Assembly (NCBI GenBank): GCA_025356395.1
Contig: JANXTA010000084.1
Span: 14,659 to 78,658 of the forward strand
DNA length: 64,000 nt
Origin: Betaproteobacteria bacterium
Lineage (GTDB): Bacteria; Pseudomonadota; Gammaproteobacteria; Burkholderiales; Burkholderiaceae_D
Direction of reading: 5' to 3'
Positions within the stretch are counted from its first letter, which is position 1, and the number at the start of each line of letters is the position of its first letter. Under the pieces are notes generated by a model. It ran no database searches. It was not told the DNA's origin and saw only the letters and a list, made by a program, of their open reading frames with translations. Both the position numbers and the translations under genes were made by a program. Positions 18,878 through 27,973 of the stretch are shown here, one piece after another.

Positions 18878-19597
18878 ATGAAAATCATCCAGCTCGCTCT
18901 CGCTCTCGCCCTCGCCCTCGCCGCCCCGTTGCCGTCGATGGCCCAGGAACGCGTCGTGCCGCTCGCCGACTTGCTCGACCTCGACGCCACCGTCACGTCG
19001 GAAGTCGTGCCCGACCTCGCGGTGGTCACGCTCGCCGTCGTCCGCGAAGGCCCCGAAGTGCCGGCGCTGACGAAGGACGTCAACGAGGCGCTCGCGAAGG
19101 CGTTCGCCGAAGCCAAGGCAGTGCCCGGCGTGATCGCCGCCAACGGCGGCTACAGCACGTCGCCGCGTTTCGACAGCCGCGGCGCGACGACTACCCGCAC
19201 CGGCTGGCAGGTGCGTGGCGCCATCGTCCTCAAGGCCAAGGACTTCGACGCCCTCGGCACCCTCGTCGGACGGCTGTCGCAGTCGCTGCAGATCACCGGA
19301 TCCGGCTTCGAGATCTCGCCCGACCTGCGCAACCGCGAGAGCACGTCGCTGATCGAGCGTGGCGTCCGCGCGTTCCAGGACAAGGCGGCGGCTGCGAGCC
19401 GGGCCTTCGGCTACACCGGCTATTCGATCCGGCAGGTCAACGTCGGCAGTGCCGGGCAGAGCGGTGGCGGCCGCGTGATGGCGATGATGAATGTAGACGG
19501 TGCGATGGCGGCGAAATCCGCCGCGCCGATGCCGGTCGAGGCCGGCCAGGTGACGTTGTCGCTGACCGTCAACGGGTCGGTGCAGATGCGCAAGTGA
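18878..19597 (+). CDS. SIMPL (DUF541) domain periplasmic protein
   Basis: ATG 18878 inside track ORF 17900..19597. Signal peptide MKIIQLALALALALAAPLPSMA. SIMPL-like pattern (VVPDLAVVTLAV ... GQVTLSLTVNG). Confidence 0.75.
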   Translation: MKIIQLALALALALAAPLPSMAQERVVPLADLLDLDATVTSEVVPDLAVVTLAVVREGPEVPALTKDVNEALAKAFAEAKAVPGVIAANGGYSTSPRFDSRGATTTRTGWQVRGAIVLKAKDFDALGTLVGRLSQSLQITGSGFEISPDLRNRESTSLIERGVRAFQDKAAAASRAFGYTGYSIRQVNVGSAGQSGGGRVMAMMNVDGAMAAKSAAPMPVEAGQVTLSLTVNGSVQMRK

Positions 19598-19732
19598 CGA
19601 CGTGACGCGCGCCGACCGTCGCCCTCCTCGACGTCTGGTCCTTCCCGCTTCGCCGTCCGTCGACTCGCGCACCCGCCGGTTCGATGGGGTCGGTAGATTC
19701 CGCCTCTGCCCGATACATCACCGGAGTCCGCC

Positions 19733-20482
19733 GTGAACTCATCCGCAGTCCATCACTCCCGCATCGCCGTTCGCGGACTCTTCCTGCTGTTCGCCGTCCT
19801 CGCGAGCGGTGCTGCGACGGGCGCCGACACCGTCACCGAGTCGCGGCCGATCGGCAACGTCCGGACCGTGCGGTTGATCGGCTCGGCCGACCTGGTGCTG
19901 ACGCAGTCCGAGACGCCGTCGCTGCGGGTCGAAGGCGAGAAGGACACGATCAAGTACCTGAAGGCCGAGATGCGCGGCGACGAACTGATGCTCAGCTACG
20001 AGCCGAGGGGCGTGAGCGGCTGGTGGTCGTCGTCGGACCACAAGAGCGCGCGCTTCCTGCTGAGCGCCAAGACGCTCGACCGCATCAGCACCGCCGGCAA
20101 CGGCGACGTGCGCTCCGAGTCGTTCACCGTCCCGGGCGATTTCGAGATCGCGATCACCGGCTCCAGCGACATCAAGTTCGGCGCGCTGGCCGCCCGCAAG
20201 CTGCTGGTGCGCATCAGCGGCGCGGGCGACGTGACGCTGGGCGGCGGCGTCCTCGAGCAGAACGTGCGCATTGCCGGATCGGGCGATTACCACGGTGCCG
20301 CGCTGCAGAGCGCGACGGCCACGATCTCGATCGGCGGGTCTGGCGACGCGACCGTTTGGGCCCGCGATAGCCTCTCGGTAAAGATCGCCGGTAGCGGCGA
20401 TGTCAAGTACTATGGGCGACCAACGATATCCAGATCGATCGCAGGATCAGGCTCGATCATCGGACTTGGCGACAAACCCTAG
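19733..20482 (+). CDS. DUF2807 (head GIN domain) secreted protein
   Basis: Signal peptide, then repeated beta-strand units with xGSGD (ISGAGDVTL, IAGSGDYHG, IGGSGDATV, IAGSGDVKY). Confidence 0.7.
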   Translation: MNSSAVHHSRIAVRGLFLLFAVLASGAATGADTVTESRPIGNVRTVRLIGSADLVLTQSETPSLRVEGEKDTIKYLKAEMRGDELMLSYEPRGVSGWWSSSDHKSARFLLSAKTLDRISTAGNGDVRSESFTVPGDFEIAITGSSDIKFGALAARKLLVRISGAGDVTLGGGVLEQNVRIAGSGDYHGAALQSATATISIGGSGDATVWARDSLSVKIAGSGDVKYYGRPTISRSIAGSGSIIGLGDKP

Positions 20483-20536
20483 CGACACGAATCGACCCGG
20501 TCGATTGCGTTGTCGTGTCACGACCCGCAATCACCG

Positions 20537-22429
20537 ATGAGCGCTTTTCGCCGCGCCAGCCTTGGCGCCGACGCATTCCCCAGTGGAAAAGAGCCGTCCC
20601 CCGCCATGCTGGCGGTCGATCGGGCCTGGCGGCATCAATACAGTGACCTGCGCGAAGCCCGCGCCGCGGCTGCCGAAGCCATTGCGCTGGCCGGCGAGGC
20701 CGACGACCAGCGGGCCCTGGCCCACGCGATGTTCCAGGCGGCATACGCGGCCATCCGATCCGGCGACCCGGTCGAGGCCAGCGCCTCCGCCACGCGCTGT
20801 CGCACTCTCTTCGATGACCTGAAGGACGAGCGCGGCATCTGGCTGGCCGAGGCCGCACAGGCGATCTGCCTGCGACTCGACGGCGAACCCGACCGTTCCA
20901 TCCGCCTGCTGCAAGACCTGGCTTCGCGGCCACCGCGCGACGCCAGTCCGACCGACCTGTTCGTCGTCCACGTCGCGCTGTCGCTCGGCTATCGCTGGGT
21001 GGGTTTGCTCGAACCCGCGCTGAAGTGGCATTACCAGGCGGTCGACACCGCGCGCGACACGCACGACCTGCTGCTGCTCGCCTCCACGCTGTGCAACCTC
21101 GGCGGCTATCACTCGGACCTGCACAACCCCGAGGAAGGTTGCCGCCTGCTCGAGGAAGGGTTGCACCTCGCGGCAGCCTGCAACGCCGATCGCACCACGG
21201 TGATCATCGCGCTGAATCTCAGCCAGGCCTACACCTGGCTGGGCCGCCACGACGAAGCCCTGAAGCTGGCCGAACAGTACCTGCCGGTGGAGCGCTACCT
21301 GCTCGCCATGGGCGGCAACGAGCCGATGATCCCGTTGACGCTTGCGCTGGCCTATGCCAACGCCGGACGCGCCGACGAGGCGAGGCGCACGTTCGACGGC
21401 GTGCGCGACACACTGATCCGCAGCAAGCACGAGGAAGGCACGCCGCACGTCTTCTGGACCTATGTCGAGGCGCGCATCGCGCTGGTCGCCAACGAGCCGG
21501 CACGGGCCGCGCAGATCGCGCTGGCCACGCTCAACGAGCTCGACGAGATCGCCGTCGACTCGCCATCGGACCTGATGCAGCTGCACGCCACCGCGGCCGC
21601 TGCCTGCGAAATGATCGGCGACGATCGCCGCGCGTTGTTTCACGAACGCTGCAGGGCCGTGATCCGCGAGCGACTGGCGCGGCTCGCCGCGCACGTCGCC
21701 AGCCTCACGCACACCATCCGTCACGAGCTCGATACCACGCGTGCCGAGCGCGACCGGATTCTGGCGCTGCATTCGGAACTGGAACGCGAGCACCAACGAC
21801 TGGCCGCGCTCAACAGCGCGCTGACCGCGCAGATCGCGGAGAATCTGCGGCTGCACGACGAACTGAAGGAGCAGAACTACCGCGATGCGCTGACCGGCCT
21901 GCACAACCGCCGCTACCTCTACGAACGCGGGCCGCGGCTGCTGGACTTCAGTCTGCAGAACACCATTCCTCTCTGCCTCGTGATGCTCGACCTCGACCAC
22001 TTCAAGCGCCTCAACGACAAGCACGGACACGTGGCCGGCGATCGCGTGCTGGTCGCGCTCGGCAAACTGCTGCGCGACGGGCTGCGCGAGAACGACGTGA
22101 TCTGCCGTGTCGGTGGCGAGGAGTTCGCGATGGTGTTGCCCACGACGACGGCCGCCATCGCCCGTGAACGTCTGCTCGGCATGCTCGACGAATGCCGTCG
22201 GATACAACTGCCCGACGGCGACGAGACCCTGCCCGGCGAACTCACGTTCTCGGCCGGGATCGCCGAGGCGCCCGCGCAGGGGACGACCATCGACGCGCTG
22301 ATGATCGCGGCGGACCGGCTGCTCTACAAGGCCAAGAACGACGGCCGCGCACGGATCGAGGCCGGGGCCGAGACCCCACCCGCGACGTTCATCGCCTCAC
22401 TGGCCGCGCGCGAGCCGATCGACCAGTAG
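20537..22429 (+). CDS. Diguanylate cyclase with TPR-like and coiled-coil N-terminal region
   Basis: C-terminal GGDEF domain with active site GGEEF and an RxxD I-site five residues upstream (RENDVICRVGGEEF). An in-frame TTG at 20510 is an alternative start. Confidence 0.8.
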   Translation: MSAFRRASLGADAFPSGKEPSPAMLAVDRAWRHQYSDLREARAAAAEAIALAGEADDQRALAHAMFQAAYAAIRSGDPVEASASATRCRTLFDDLKDERGIWLAEAAQAICLRLDGEPDRSIRLLQDLASRPPRDASPTDLFVVHVALSLGYRWVGLLEPALKWHYQAVDTARDTHDLLLLASTLCNLGGYHSDLHNPEEGCRLLEEGLHLAAACNADRTTVIIALNLSQAYTWLGRHDEALKLAEQYLPVERYLLAMGGNEPMIPLTLALAYANAGRADEARRTFDGVRDTLIRSKHEEGTPHVFWTYVEARIALVANEPARAAQIALATLNELDEIAVDSPSDLMQLHATAAAACEMIGDDRRALFHERCRAVIRERLARLAAHVASLTHTIRHELDTTRAERDRILALHSELEREHQRLAALNSALTAQIAENLRLHDELKEQNYRDALTGLHNRRYLYERGPRLLDFSLQNTIPLCLVMLDLDHFKRLNDKHGHVAGDRVLVALGKLLRDGLRENDVICRVGGEEFAMVLPTTTAAIARERLLGMLDECRRIQLPDGDETLPGELTFSAGIAEAPAQGTTIDALMIAADRLLYKAKNDGRARIEAGAETPPATFIASLAAREPIDQ

Positions 22430-23206
22430 TCCGGCGGCCAGGAAGCCGAAGACCGCGGTCACCGAGACCAGCGAGCCGAAGCCGGCGCAGTTGAGGCCGG
22501 TCATTCCCTCGGGATCCACCAGGTCGGGCGCCTCGTTGCCGCGCAACGGCTGATCCGAGTAGACGGCGGGGATGCCGAACTCCCGCTTCACGTTGCGCGG
22601 AAAGCCGTGATGCGTGCGCAGGTTCTTGCGCACCTTGGCGAGCATCGGCTCCTGCAGCGTGTGTGCGAGGTCGGCGACGCGGACGCGCGACGCATCGGTG
22701 CGGCCACCCGCGCCACCGACCGTGACCAGCGCCGTCCCGTGGCGATGGCAGTGCGCGATCAGCGCCGTCTTCGCGCGCACGTGGTCGATCGCGTCGACCA
22801 CGAAATCGAAGCGACCTGCCGGCAGCAGAGCCTCGAGATTGTCGGCATCGACGAATTCCTCGATGCCCTCGACGACGCAGGCCGGGTTGATGTCGGCGAC
22901 CCGCCGCCGCATCACCTCCACCTTGGCCGCGCCGACCGTGCTGTCGAGCGCATGCGACTGGCGGTTGATGTTGGACTCGGACACATGGTCGAGGTCGATC
23001 AGCGTCAGTCGGCCGATGCCGCTGCGGGCGCAAGCCTCCACGACCCAGGAGCCGACGCCTCCCAGCCCGACGACCGCGACGTGGGCCGCCGTCAGGCGTT
23101 GCAGTCCCGCGACACCATAGATCCGCGCCACGCCCCCGAAGCGCCGGTCGTCATCGGCAGTAGATGCCGGCAATGAAGGGTCCGGGTCATCGGAAGTCGG
23201 GGACAT
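22397..23206 (-). CDS. tcdA: tRNA threonylcarbamoyladenosine dehydratase (ThiF/HesA family)
   Basis: RFGGVARIYG...HVAVVGLGGVGSW Rossmann motif. ATG 23206 was chosen by analogy to the TcdA N-terminus. The 3' end overlaps the convergent cyclase gene by 33 nt. Confidence 0.75.
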   Translation of the reverse strand: MSPTSDDPDPSLPASTADDDRRFGGVARIYGVAGLQRLTAAHVAVVGLGGVGSWVVEACARSGIGRLTLIDLDHVSESNINRQSHALDSTVGAAKVEVMRRRVADINPACVVEGIEEFVDADNLEALLPAGRFDFVVDAIDHVRAKTALIAHCHRHGTALVTVGGAGGRTDASRVRVADLAHTLQEPMLAKVRKNLRTHHGFPRNVKREFGIPAVYSDQPLRGNEAPDLVDPEGMTGLNCAGFGSLVSVTAVFGFLAAGLLVDRLARGQ

Positions 23207-23225
23207 CGCGTTATCGGAAGACGTC

Positions 23226-23894
23226 ATGTTGTGCATGATCGCAGGGAACCTCATGGTGAGTCGCATCGAAGCAGTTGGAACGGACGAAGCCACGCTCGGC
23301 GACGACGAGCGCGACGCGTCGCTGGCCGACGTACTGGCCGACTGGGATCGGCAGGAGCCGGTCTGGGTCTTCGGCTATGGCTCGCTGATCTGGCGCCCCG
23401 AATTCGACTTCGATCTGAAGGCCCGGGGCCTGGTCTACGGCTATCACCGCAGCCTCTGCCTGTGGTCGCACCTCTACCGCGGCACGCCCGAAAAACCCGG
23501 GCTCGTGCTCGGGCTGGAACCGGGCGGCAGCGTCCATGGCGTCGCCTTCCGCATCCCCGCCGCGATCGCGCACGAGCACCTGCGCGCGCTCTGGAAACGC
23601 GAGCTCTTCACGGGCTCCTACGTGCCGCGCTGGCTCGAGGTCCGCATCGGCGACGCCGAGCGCGTCAAGGCCATCGGCTTCGTGATGAACCGCGCCGGGC
23701 CGGGCTATGCCGGATCGCTCGATCGCGGCACGATGCTGCACACGGTCTGCACCGCCAGCGGCAGCAAAGGCAGTTGCGCTGACTACCTGCTGTCGACGGT
23801 CCAGAGCCTGGCCGAGCACCGCATCCACGACCGTCATCTCGCCAAGCTCGCCGCAGAGGTGGGCGTGAAGATCGCCCTGCCCCGGGATGCATGA
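23226..23894 (+). CDS. ChaC-like gamma-glutamylcyclotransferase
   Basis: VWVFGYGSLIWRPEF motif and a ChaC-like core. ATG 23253 is an alternative start. Confidence 0.7.
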   Translation: MLCMIAGNLMVSRIEAVGTDEATLGDDERDASLADVLADWDRQEPVWVFGYGSLIWRPEFDFDLKARGLVYGYHRSLCLWSHLYRGTPEKPGLVLGLEPGGSVHGVAFRIPAAIAHEHLRALWKRELFTGSYVPRWLEVRIGDAERVKAIGFVMNRAGPGYAGSLDRGTMLHTVCTASGSKGSCADYLLSTVQSLAEHRIHDRHLAKLAAEVGVKIALPRDA

Positions 23895-23922
23895 ACGAAA
23901 ACGCCGCCCCGGGGGGCGGCGT
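23895..23922 (-). terminator. Rho-independent terminator after hsp20 (possibly bidirectional)
   Basis: Inverted repeat ACGCCGCCCC/GGGGCGGCGT at 23901-23922. On the minus strand it is followed by TTTCGTT. It lies between the convergent chaC-like and hsp20 genes. Confidence 0.5.
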
Positions 23923-23942
23923 CCTTAGAGTCGCGTGGCGTC

Positions 23943-24401
23943 TTACTTGACGGCCAGGCGTTTCGGCTGCGGGACTTCCTTCTTCGGCAGCGTCAGCGTC
24001 AGCACGCCGTCCTGGTACGCGGCTTCGGCACGACCCTCGTCGACTTCGGCGGGCAACGTGAAGTTGCGCAGCCACGAACGGCTGACGCGATTGCTGTGCA
24101 GGACCCGGGTGCCTTCGGCGACGGCGTCGGCCGACTTGACCTCGGCCTTGACGCGGACCGTCGCCCCGTCGATCTGCACGTCGATGTCTTCCTTGCTGAC
24201 GCCGGGGATCTCGATGCGGGCTTCGAAGCGGTCGTCCTTCTCGACGACGTCGAAGCGTGCGGCGACCGTCGATCCGGTGGCGGGCGCAGGGGCGGTGGTG
24301 GGATGGAAGATGCCGTCAAACAGCTGATCGAAGGCGGCGGCGCCATTGATCGCGGGGTTGATCGGTCGAACGCGGCTGGTGCGATTGAAAGTCACAAACA
24401 T
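23943..24401 (-). CDS. Small heat-shock protein, Hsp20/alpha-crystallin family
   Basis: 152-aa product with an alpha-crystallin domain (FDVVEKDDRFEARIEIPGVSKEDIDVQIDGATV...YQDGVLTLTLPKK). AGGAG Shine-Dalgarno before ATG 24401. The rest of track ORF 23943..25073 is off-frame over waaA. Confidence 0.85.
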   Translation of the reverse strand: MFVTFNRTSRVRPINPAINGAAAFDQLFDGIFHPTTAPAPATGSTVAARFDVVEKDDRFEARIEIPGVSKEDIDVQIDGATVRVKAEVKSADAVAEGTRVLHSNRVSRSWLRNFTLPAEVDEGRAEAAYQDGVLTLTLPKKEVPQPKRLAVK

Positions 24402-24448
24402 GATGGATGCTCCTGGTTGGGTCGCGGGGCGATCCCGCATGACGCCAG

Positions 24449-24476
24449 AAGTCGGGAGAGTCAAACCGATTTCAAG
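24449..24476 (-). promoter_or_regulatory. Candidate sigma-32 heat-shock promoter for hsp20
   Basis: The minus strand reads CTTGAAA (24476-24470), a 13-nt spacer, then CCCGACTT (24456-24449). The sigma-32 consensus is CTTGAA-N13-17-CCCCATnT. It sits ~45 nt upstream of the hsp20 ATG, inside the last codons of waaA. Confidence 0.35.
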
Positions 24477-25831
24477 GCCTTGAAATCTGCGCCGGCGACC
24501 CCTTGGACCCTCAACATTTCTTCCACGATCTGCAACGTTCGAGCCGTTGCGCCGCGGTGCGCCGCCGCAAACCTCAATCCGGCATCCGCCATGCGTTTGC
24601 GCTTCGGCGGGTCGGCCGCCAGCGCCACGGCGCTGGCCACCAGCGCGTCGAAGTCGTCGACGCGCGCGGCCGCACCGACGCGAACCGCCTCGTCGCTGGC
24701 GACCGAGAAATTGAACGTGTGACGACCGATCAGGATCGGGCAGCCGGCCGCCGCGGCTTCGATCAGGTTCTGTCCACCCAGCGGCAGGATGCTGCCGCCG
24801 ACGAAGGCCAGGTCCGACGCCAGGTAGAAGGCCCACAACTCGCCCATCGAGTCGCCGATCCAGACCTGCGTATCCGGGTGCAACGGCAGGCCGTCGCTGC
24901 GGCGCTGCACGGTCAACCCGCGTGTCCGCGCCAGCGCGACGACCTCGTCGAAGCGCTGCGGATGGCGCGGCACGACGACCAGCAGCGGCAGCTCGCCGCG
25001 TTCGTTCGAATCGAGACGGCGCCGCCACGCGTCGAAGAGGCCTTCCTCCTCGCCTTCCCGCGTGCTGGCGCAAAGGAACACGCAGGCTGGGCTGCCGAAT
25101 CCCTCGCGAAAGCGCGCACCTAGCGCGCGCATCGCAGCAGGCGGCTCGATGTCGAACTTGACGTTGCCGATCGTCGCGATCGACGAGTCCTCAGGCGCCA
25201 GATGCTCGGACTCGAGCAGGATCGCGAAGCGCTTCGCGTCGGCGTCGGCCTGCGCCAGGATCCGCTCGAAGCGTCGCGCCGCCGGTCGCATCAGCGCGGT
25301 CCAGCGACGGGCGGCGACCAGCGACTTCGGCGACAGCCGTGCGTTCGCCAGGACCATCGGCGTGCCGGCCCGCGCGGCGGCGACCATCAGGTTGGGCCAG
25401 ATCTCGGTCTCCATCACGATGCCGATCCGCGGGCGCCAGTGGCGGAAGAACTTGGCGACCGCGAACGGATAGTCGTAGGCCAGGTAGGCGTGGAGGACAC
25501 GGTCGCCGAACAGCGACACAGCGGTCTCGCGACCGGTCGGCGTCATGTGCGTGACGAGGATCGGCCACTCGGGATGCCGTTCCTGCAACGCCGCGATCAG
25601 CGGCGCCGCGGCCCGCGTCTCGCCGACCGAGACCGCATGGATCCAGATACAGGGCGACGTGGGACGCGTGCCGTAGTGGCCGAGGAAGCGCTGCACCCAG
25701 CCGTGGCGATAGGCCGGCTGACGTCGCGAGCGCCACAGCAGGTAGCCGACGATCAACGGCGTCGCGACGACCCACATCGAGGCATAGAGCAGTCGGGCAA
25801 GCCGCTCGCCTGGCGCGAACACCGCCTTCAC
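24461..25831 (-). CDS. waaA: 3-deoxy-D-manno-octulosonic acid (Kdo) transferase
   Basis: IWIHAVSVGETRAAAPLIAAL motif, GT30-like layout, adjacent to waaC. Confidence 0.85.
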   Translation of the reverse strand: MKAVFAPGERLARLLYASMWVVATPLIVGYLLWRSRRQPAYRHGWVQRFLGHYGTRPTSPCIWIHAVSVGETRAAAPLIAALQERHPEWPILVTHMTPTGRETAVSLFGDRVLHAYLAYDYPFAVAKFFRHWRPRIGIVMETEIWPNLMVAAARAGTPMVLANARLSPKSLVAARRWTALMRPAARRFERILAQADADAKRFAILLESEHLAPEDSSIATIGNVKFDIEPPAAMRALGARFREGFGSPACVFLCASTREGEEEGLFDAWRRRLDSNERGELPLLVVVPRHPQRFDEVVALARTRGLTVQRRSDGLPLHPDTQVWIGDSMGELWAFYLASDLAFVGGSILPLGGQNLIEAAAAGCPILIGRHTFNFSVASDEAVRVGAAARVDDFDALVASAVALAADPPKRKRMADAGLRFAAAHRGATARTLQIVEEMLRVQGVAGADFKALKSV

Positions 25832-26871
25832 GGAGCCGGCACCGCGACGGCTTGCGTGCCGAGGATGCCCAGTCGCTCAAGCGCCTCGACGACAGCCTCG
25901 AAGTGCGGCTGCGCACCGAGCTCGCCGAAGCTGCCGAGGTTGATCGCGCGGGGCGACCAGTAGGGTGCGTAGCGCCAGCGTGGCGTTGCACCGAACAGCC
26001 CGACCGTGGGCACGTCGAGCGCCGACGCGAGATGCAGCAGGCCGGTATCGACCCCGACGACCACGGCCGCCCCGCCGAGCAACGCGGCCGCCTCGGTCAG
26101 CGAGACCGGCGGCGCCACCAGAGGACGCGTGCCGACCGACCCGCGGGCCGCGCGCGCAAGCTGTTGGGCGGCTTCGCGCTCGGCCGGGCTGCCCGATGGC
26201 AGGACCGGCGTGATCCCCGACGCACAGAGCATCTGGATCAGGGCGACCCAGCGTTCCGGCGGCCAGGCCTTCTCGGCACGCGCCGTCGCATGCAGCAGCA
26301 CGGCGTACTTTGCGGGCAGCGATCCCGCCTCCTGAAGCCACGCGAAGTGCTGCGGCGGGACGTCGAGCTCGAAGCGCGGCAGGTCGCTGAGCGGCCCGTA
26401 GCCGAAGGTCGAAGCGGCCAGGGCCCGCATCCGCTCGATGGCGTGCAGACGCCGATCGACCGAGTAGGCGCGGTCGTAGAAGAACCTCGCGAGGCTCTCG
26501 CGCACCAGCCCGAAGGCGAAGCCCACGCGCGCCCCGTGCGGCGCGAGATATGCCCGCTGCGCGACCAGCGCACTCTTCAACAGCCCCTGCGTGTCGAGCA
26601 CGACGTCGTAACGCTCTTCGTGCAGGCGATGCACGAACGCGCGCCGCTCGACATGCGTCCTGGGAAGGTGGGGCTCCTGGCGCCAGCGACGGGTCGCGAT
26701 CGGAAGGACGCGGGTGATGCCTCGCGTCATCCGCACCAGGTCCGCATAGGCTTCCTCGACGACCCAGTCGATGACCGCGTCGGGTCTCGCGCGACGGAGG
26801 TCGGCGATGACCGGCATGTTGTGGACGATGTCGCCCATCGAGCTGGTCTTGATGATCAGGACGCGCGTCAT
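25828..26871 (-). CDS. waaC: Lipopolysaccharide heptosyltransferase I
   Basis: MTRVLIIKTSSMGDIVHNMPVIADL and GVDTGLLHLASAL (GT9). ATG 26871 chosen. The stop overlaps the waaA start. Confidence 0.8.
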   Translation of the reverse strand: MTRVLIIKTSSMGDIVHNMPVIADLRRARPDAVIDWVVEEAYADLVRMTRGITRVLPIATRRWRQEPHLPRTHVERRAFVHRLHEERYDVVLDTQGLLKSALVAQRAYLAPHGARVGFAFGLVRESLARFFYDRAYSVDRRLHAIERMRALAASTFGYGPLSDLPRFELDVPPQHFAWLQEAGSLPAKYAVLLHATARAEKAWPPERWVALIQMLCASGITPVLPSGSPAEREAAQQLARAARGSVGTRPLVAPPVSLTEAAALLGGAAVVVGVDTGLLHLASALDVPTVGLFGATPRWRYAPYWSPRAINLGSFGELGAQPHFEAVVEALERLGILGTQAVAVPAP

Positions 26872-27145
26872 CGGCGGGGTGGGTTCAGTGCGGCGCAGTG
26901 GGTGGCGATGCCCGCGGATTCCTCCGGGCTCGGCCGTTGTTGTTTTTGTTGTATGACACAATTCGACGCGTTTTGGCGACCACGGGCCGGGATTCTACTC
27001 ACTGGGGAATCCGGAGAAAGGCCTGCCGCCCGGACACCCGGACTCGTCGACCGCCAGCGGCCGAGTTGTGTACGCAACGCGCCAGACCCGTCGTCCGTCC
27101 TTCCAAACCAGAAAAGTCGCAACCAGCGACCGTCGGCCCGACCAG

Positions 27146-27973
27146 ATGCCCGCTGCCCCGCTTCCGCTGTCGGCCGTGCTGATCACGTTCAACACCGGCG
27201 ATCGACTCGCCCCCTGCCTGCGTTCGCTGTCCTTCGTTGACGAGATCGTGGTGGTCGACTCGGGTAGCGACGACGCGACGCGGGATGTCGCGCGCCGCTA
27301 CGGCGCCCGGGTGATCGAGGAAGCGTGGCGCGGCTTCGGTCCGCAGAAGCGCTACGCCGCGTCGCTCGCCCGCAACGACTGGGTTCTGTGCATCGACGCC
27401 GACGAGGAGGTGTCTCCCGAACTCGCCGCCGAGATCGCGGCCGTGCTGCGGCAGCCGCGACACATCGCCTATCGCATGCCCCGCTCCAACCGCTTCATGG
27501 GCCGTTTCCTGCGCCACGGCGAAGGCTTTCCCGACTGGAGCCTGCGGCTGTTCGATCGCCGGCACGCGCAGTGGAGCGACGATGCCGTGCACGAGAAGGT
27601 CGTGACGTCCGGATCGATCGGCCGCCTGCCCGAAAGCGCGGTGCTGATGCACCACTCCGCCGAGAGCCTCGCGAGCTACCTCGACAAGCAAAACCGCTAC
27701 ACCAGCCTGCAGGCCGACGGCCTCTTTCGCGCCGGCGAACGGGCCAACGTCTGGCGACTGCTGCTGTCGCCGGCGCTGCGCTTCATCAAGTTCTACTTCG
27801 TGCGACTCGGGCTGCTCGACGGCCTGCCGGGCCTGGTTCACATCGCCATCGGCTGCTTCAACAGCTTTGCGAAGTACGCCAAGCTGCGCGCCCTGCAGAT
27901 CGAGAGTGAACAGGCCGGAACGGAGCAGCCCGCCGCCACCGAAGCGGCGCAGGTGTCGGGAGAACGTCGATGA
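27146..27973 (+). CDS. Family 2 glycosyltransferase (LPS core type)
   Basis: LSAVLITFNTGDRLAPCL, VVVDSGSDDAT, and the CIDADEE DxD-like motif. Divergent from waaC. Confidence 0.7.
   Translation: MPAAPLPLSAVLITFNTGDRLAPCLRSLSFVDEIVVVDSGSDDATRDVARRYGARVIEEAWRGFGPQKRYAASLARNDWVLCIDADEEVSPELAAEIAAVLRQPRHIAYRMPRSNRFMGRFLRHGEGFPDWSLRLFDRRHAQWSDDAVHEKVVTSGSIGRLPESAVLMHHSAESLASYLDKQNRYTSLQADGLFRAGERANVWRLLLSPALRFIKFYFVRLGLLDGLPGLVHIAIGCFNSFAKYAKLRALQIESEQAGTEQPAATEAAQVSGERR

Noticed and set aside
18890-18925. Hexanucleotide-like repeat GCTCTCGCTCTCGCCCTCGCCCTCGCC
   Set aside because: It simply encodes the (Leu-Ala)n hydrophobic core of the SIMPL protein signal peptide. It is not an independent tandem-repeat element, though slippage could vary its length.
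22397-22429. 33-nt convergent overlap of the 3' ends of the diguanylate cyclase gene and tcdA
   Set aside because: Both stops are fixed by the reading frames and both C-termini look plausible. Convergent 3' overlaps of this size occur in compact high-GC genomes, and nothing suggests a frameshift or pseudogene.
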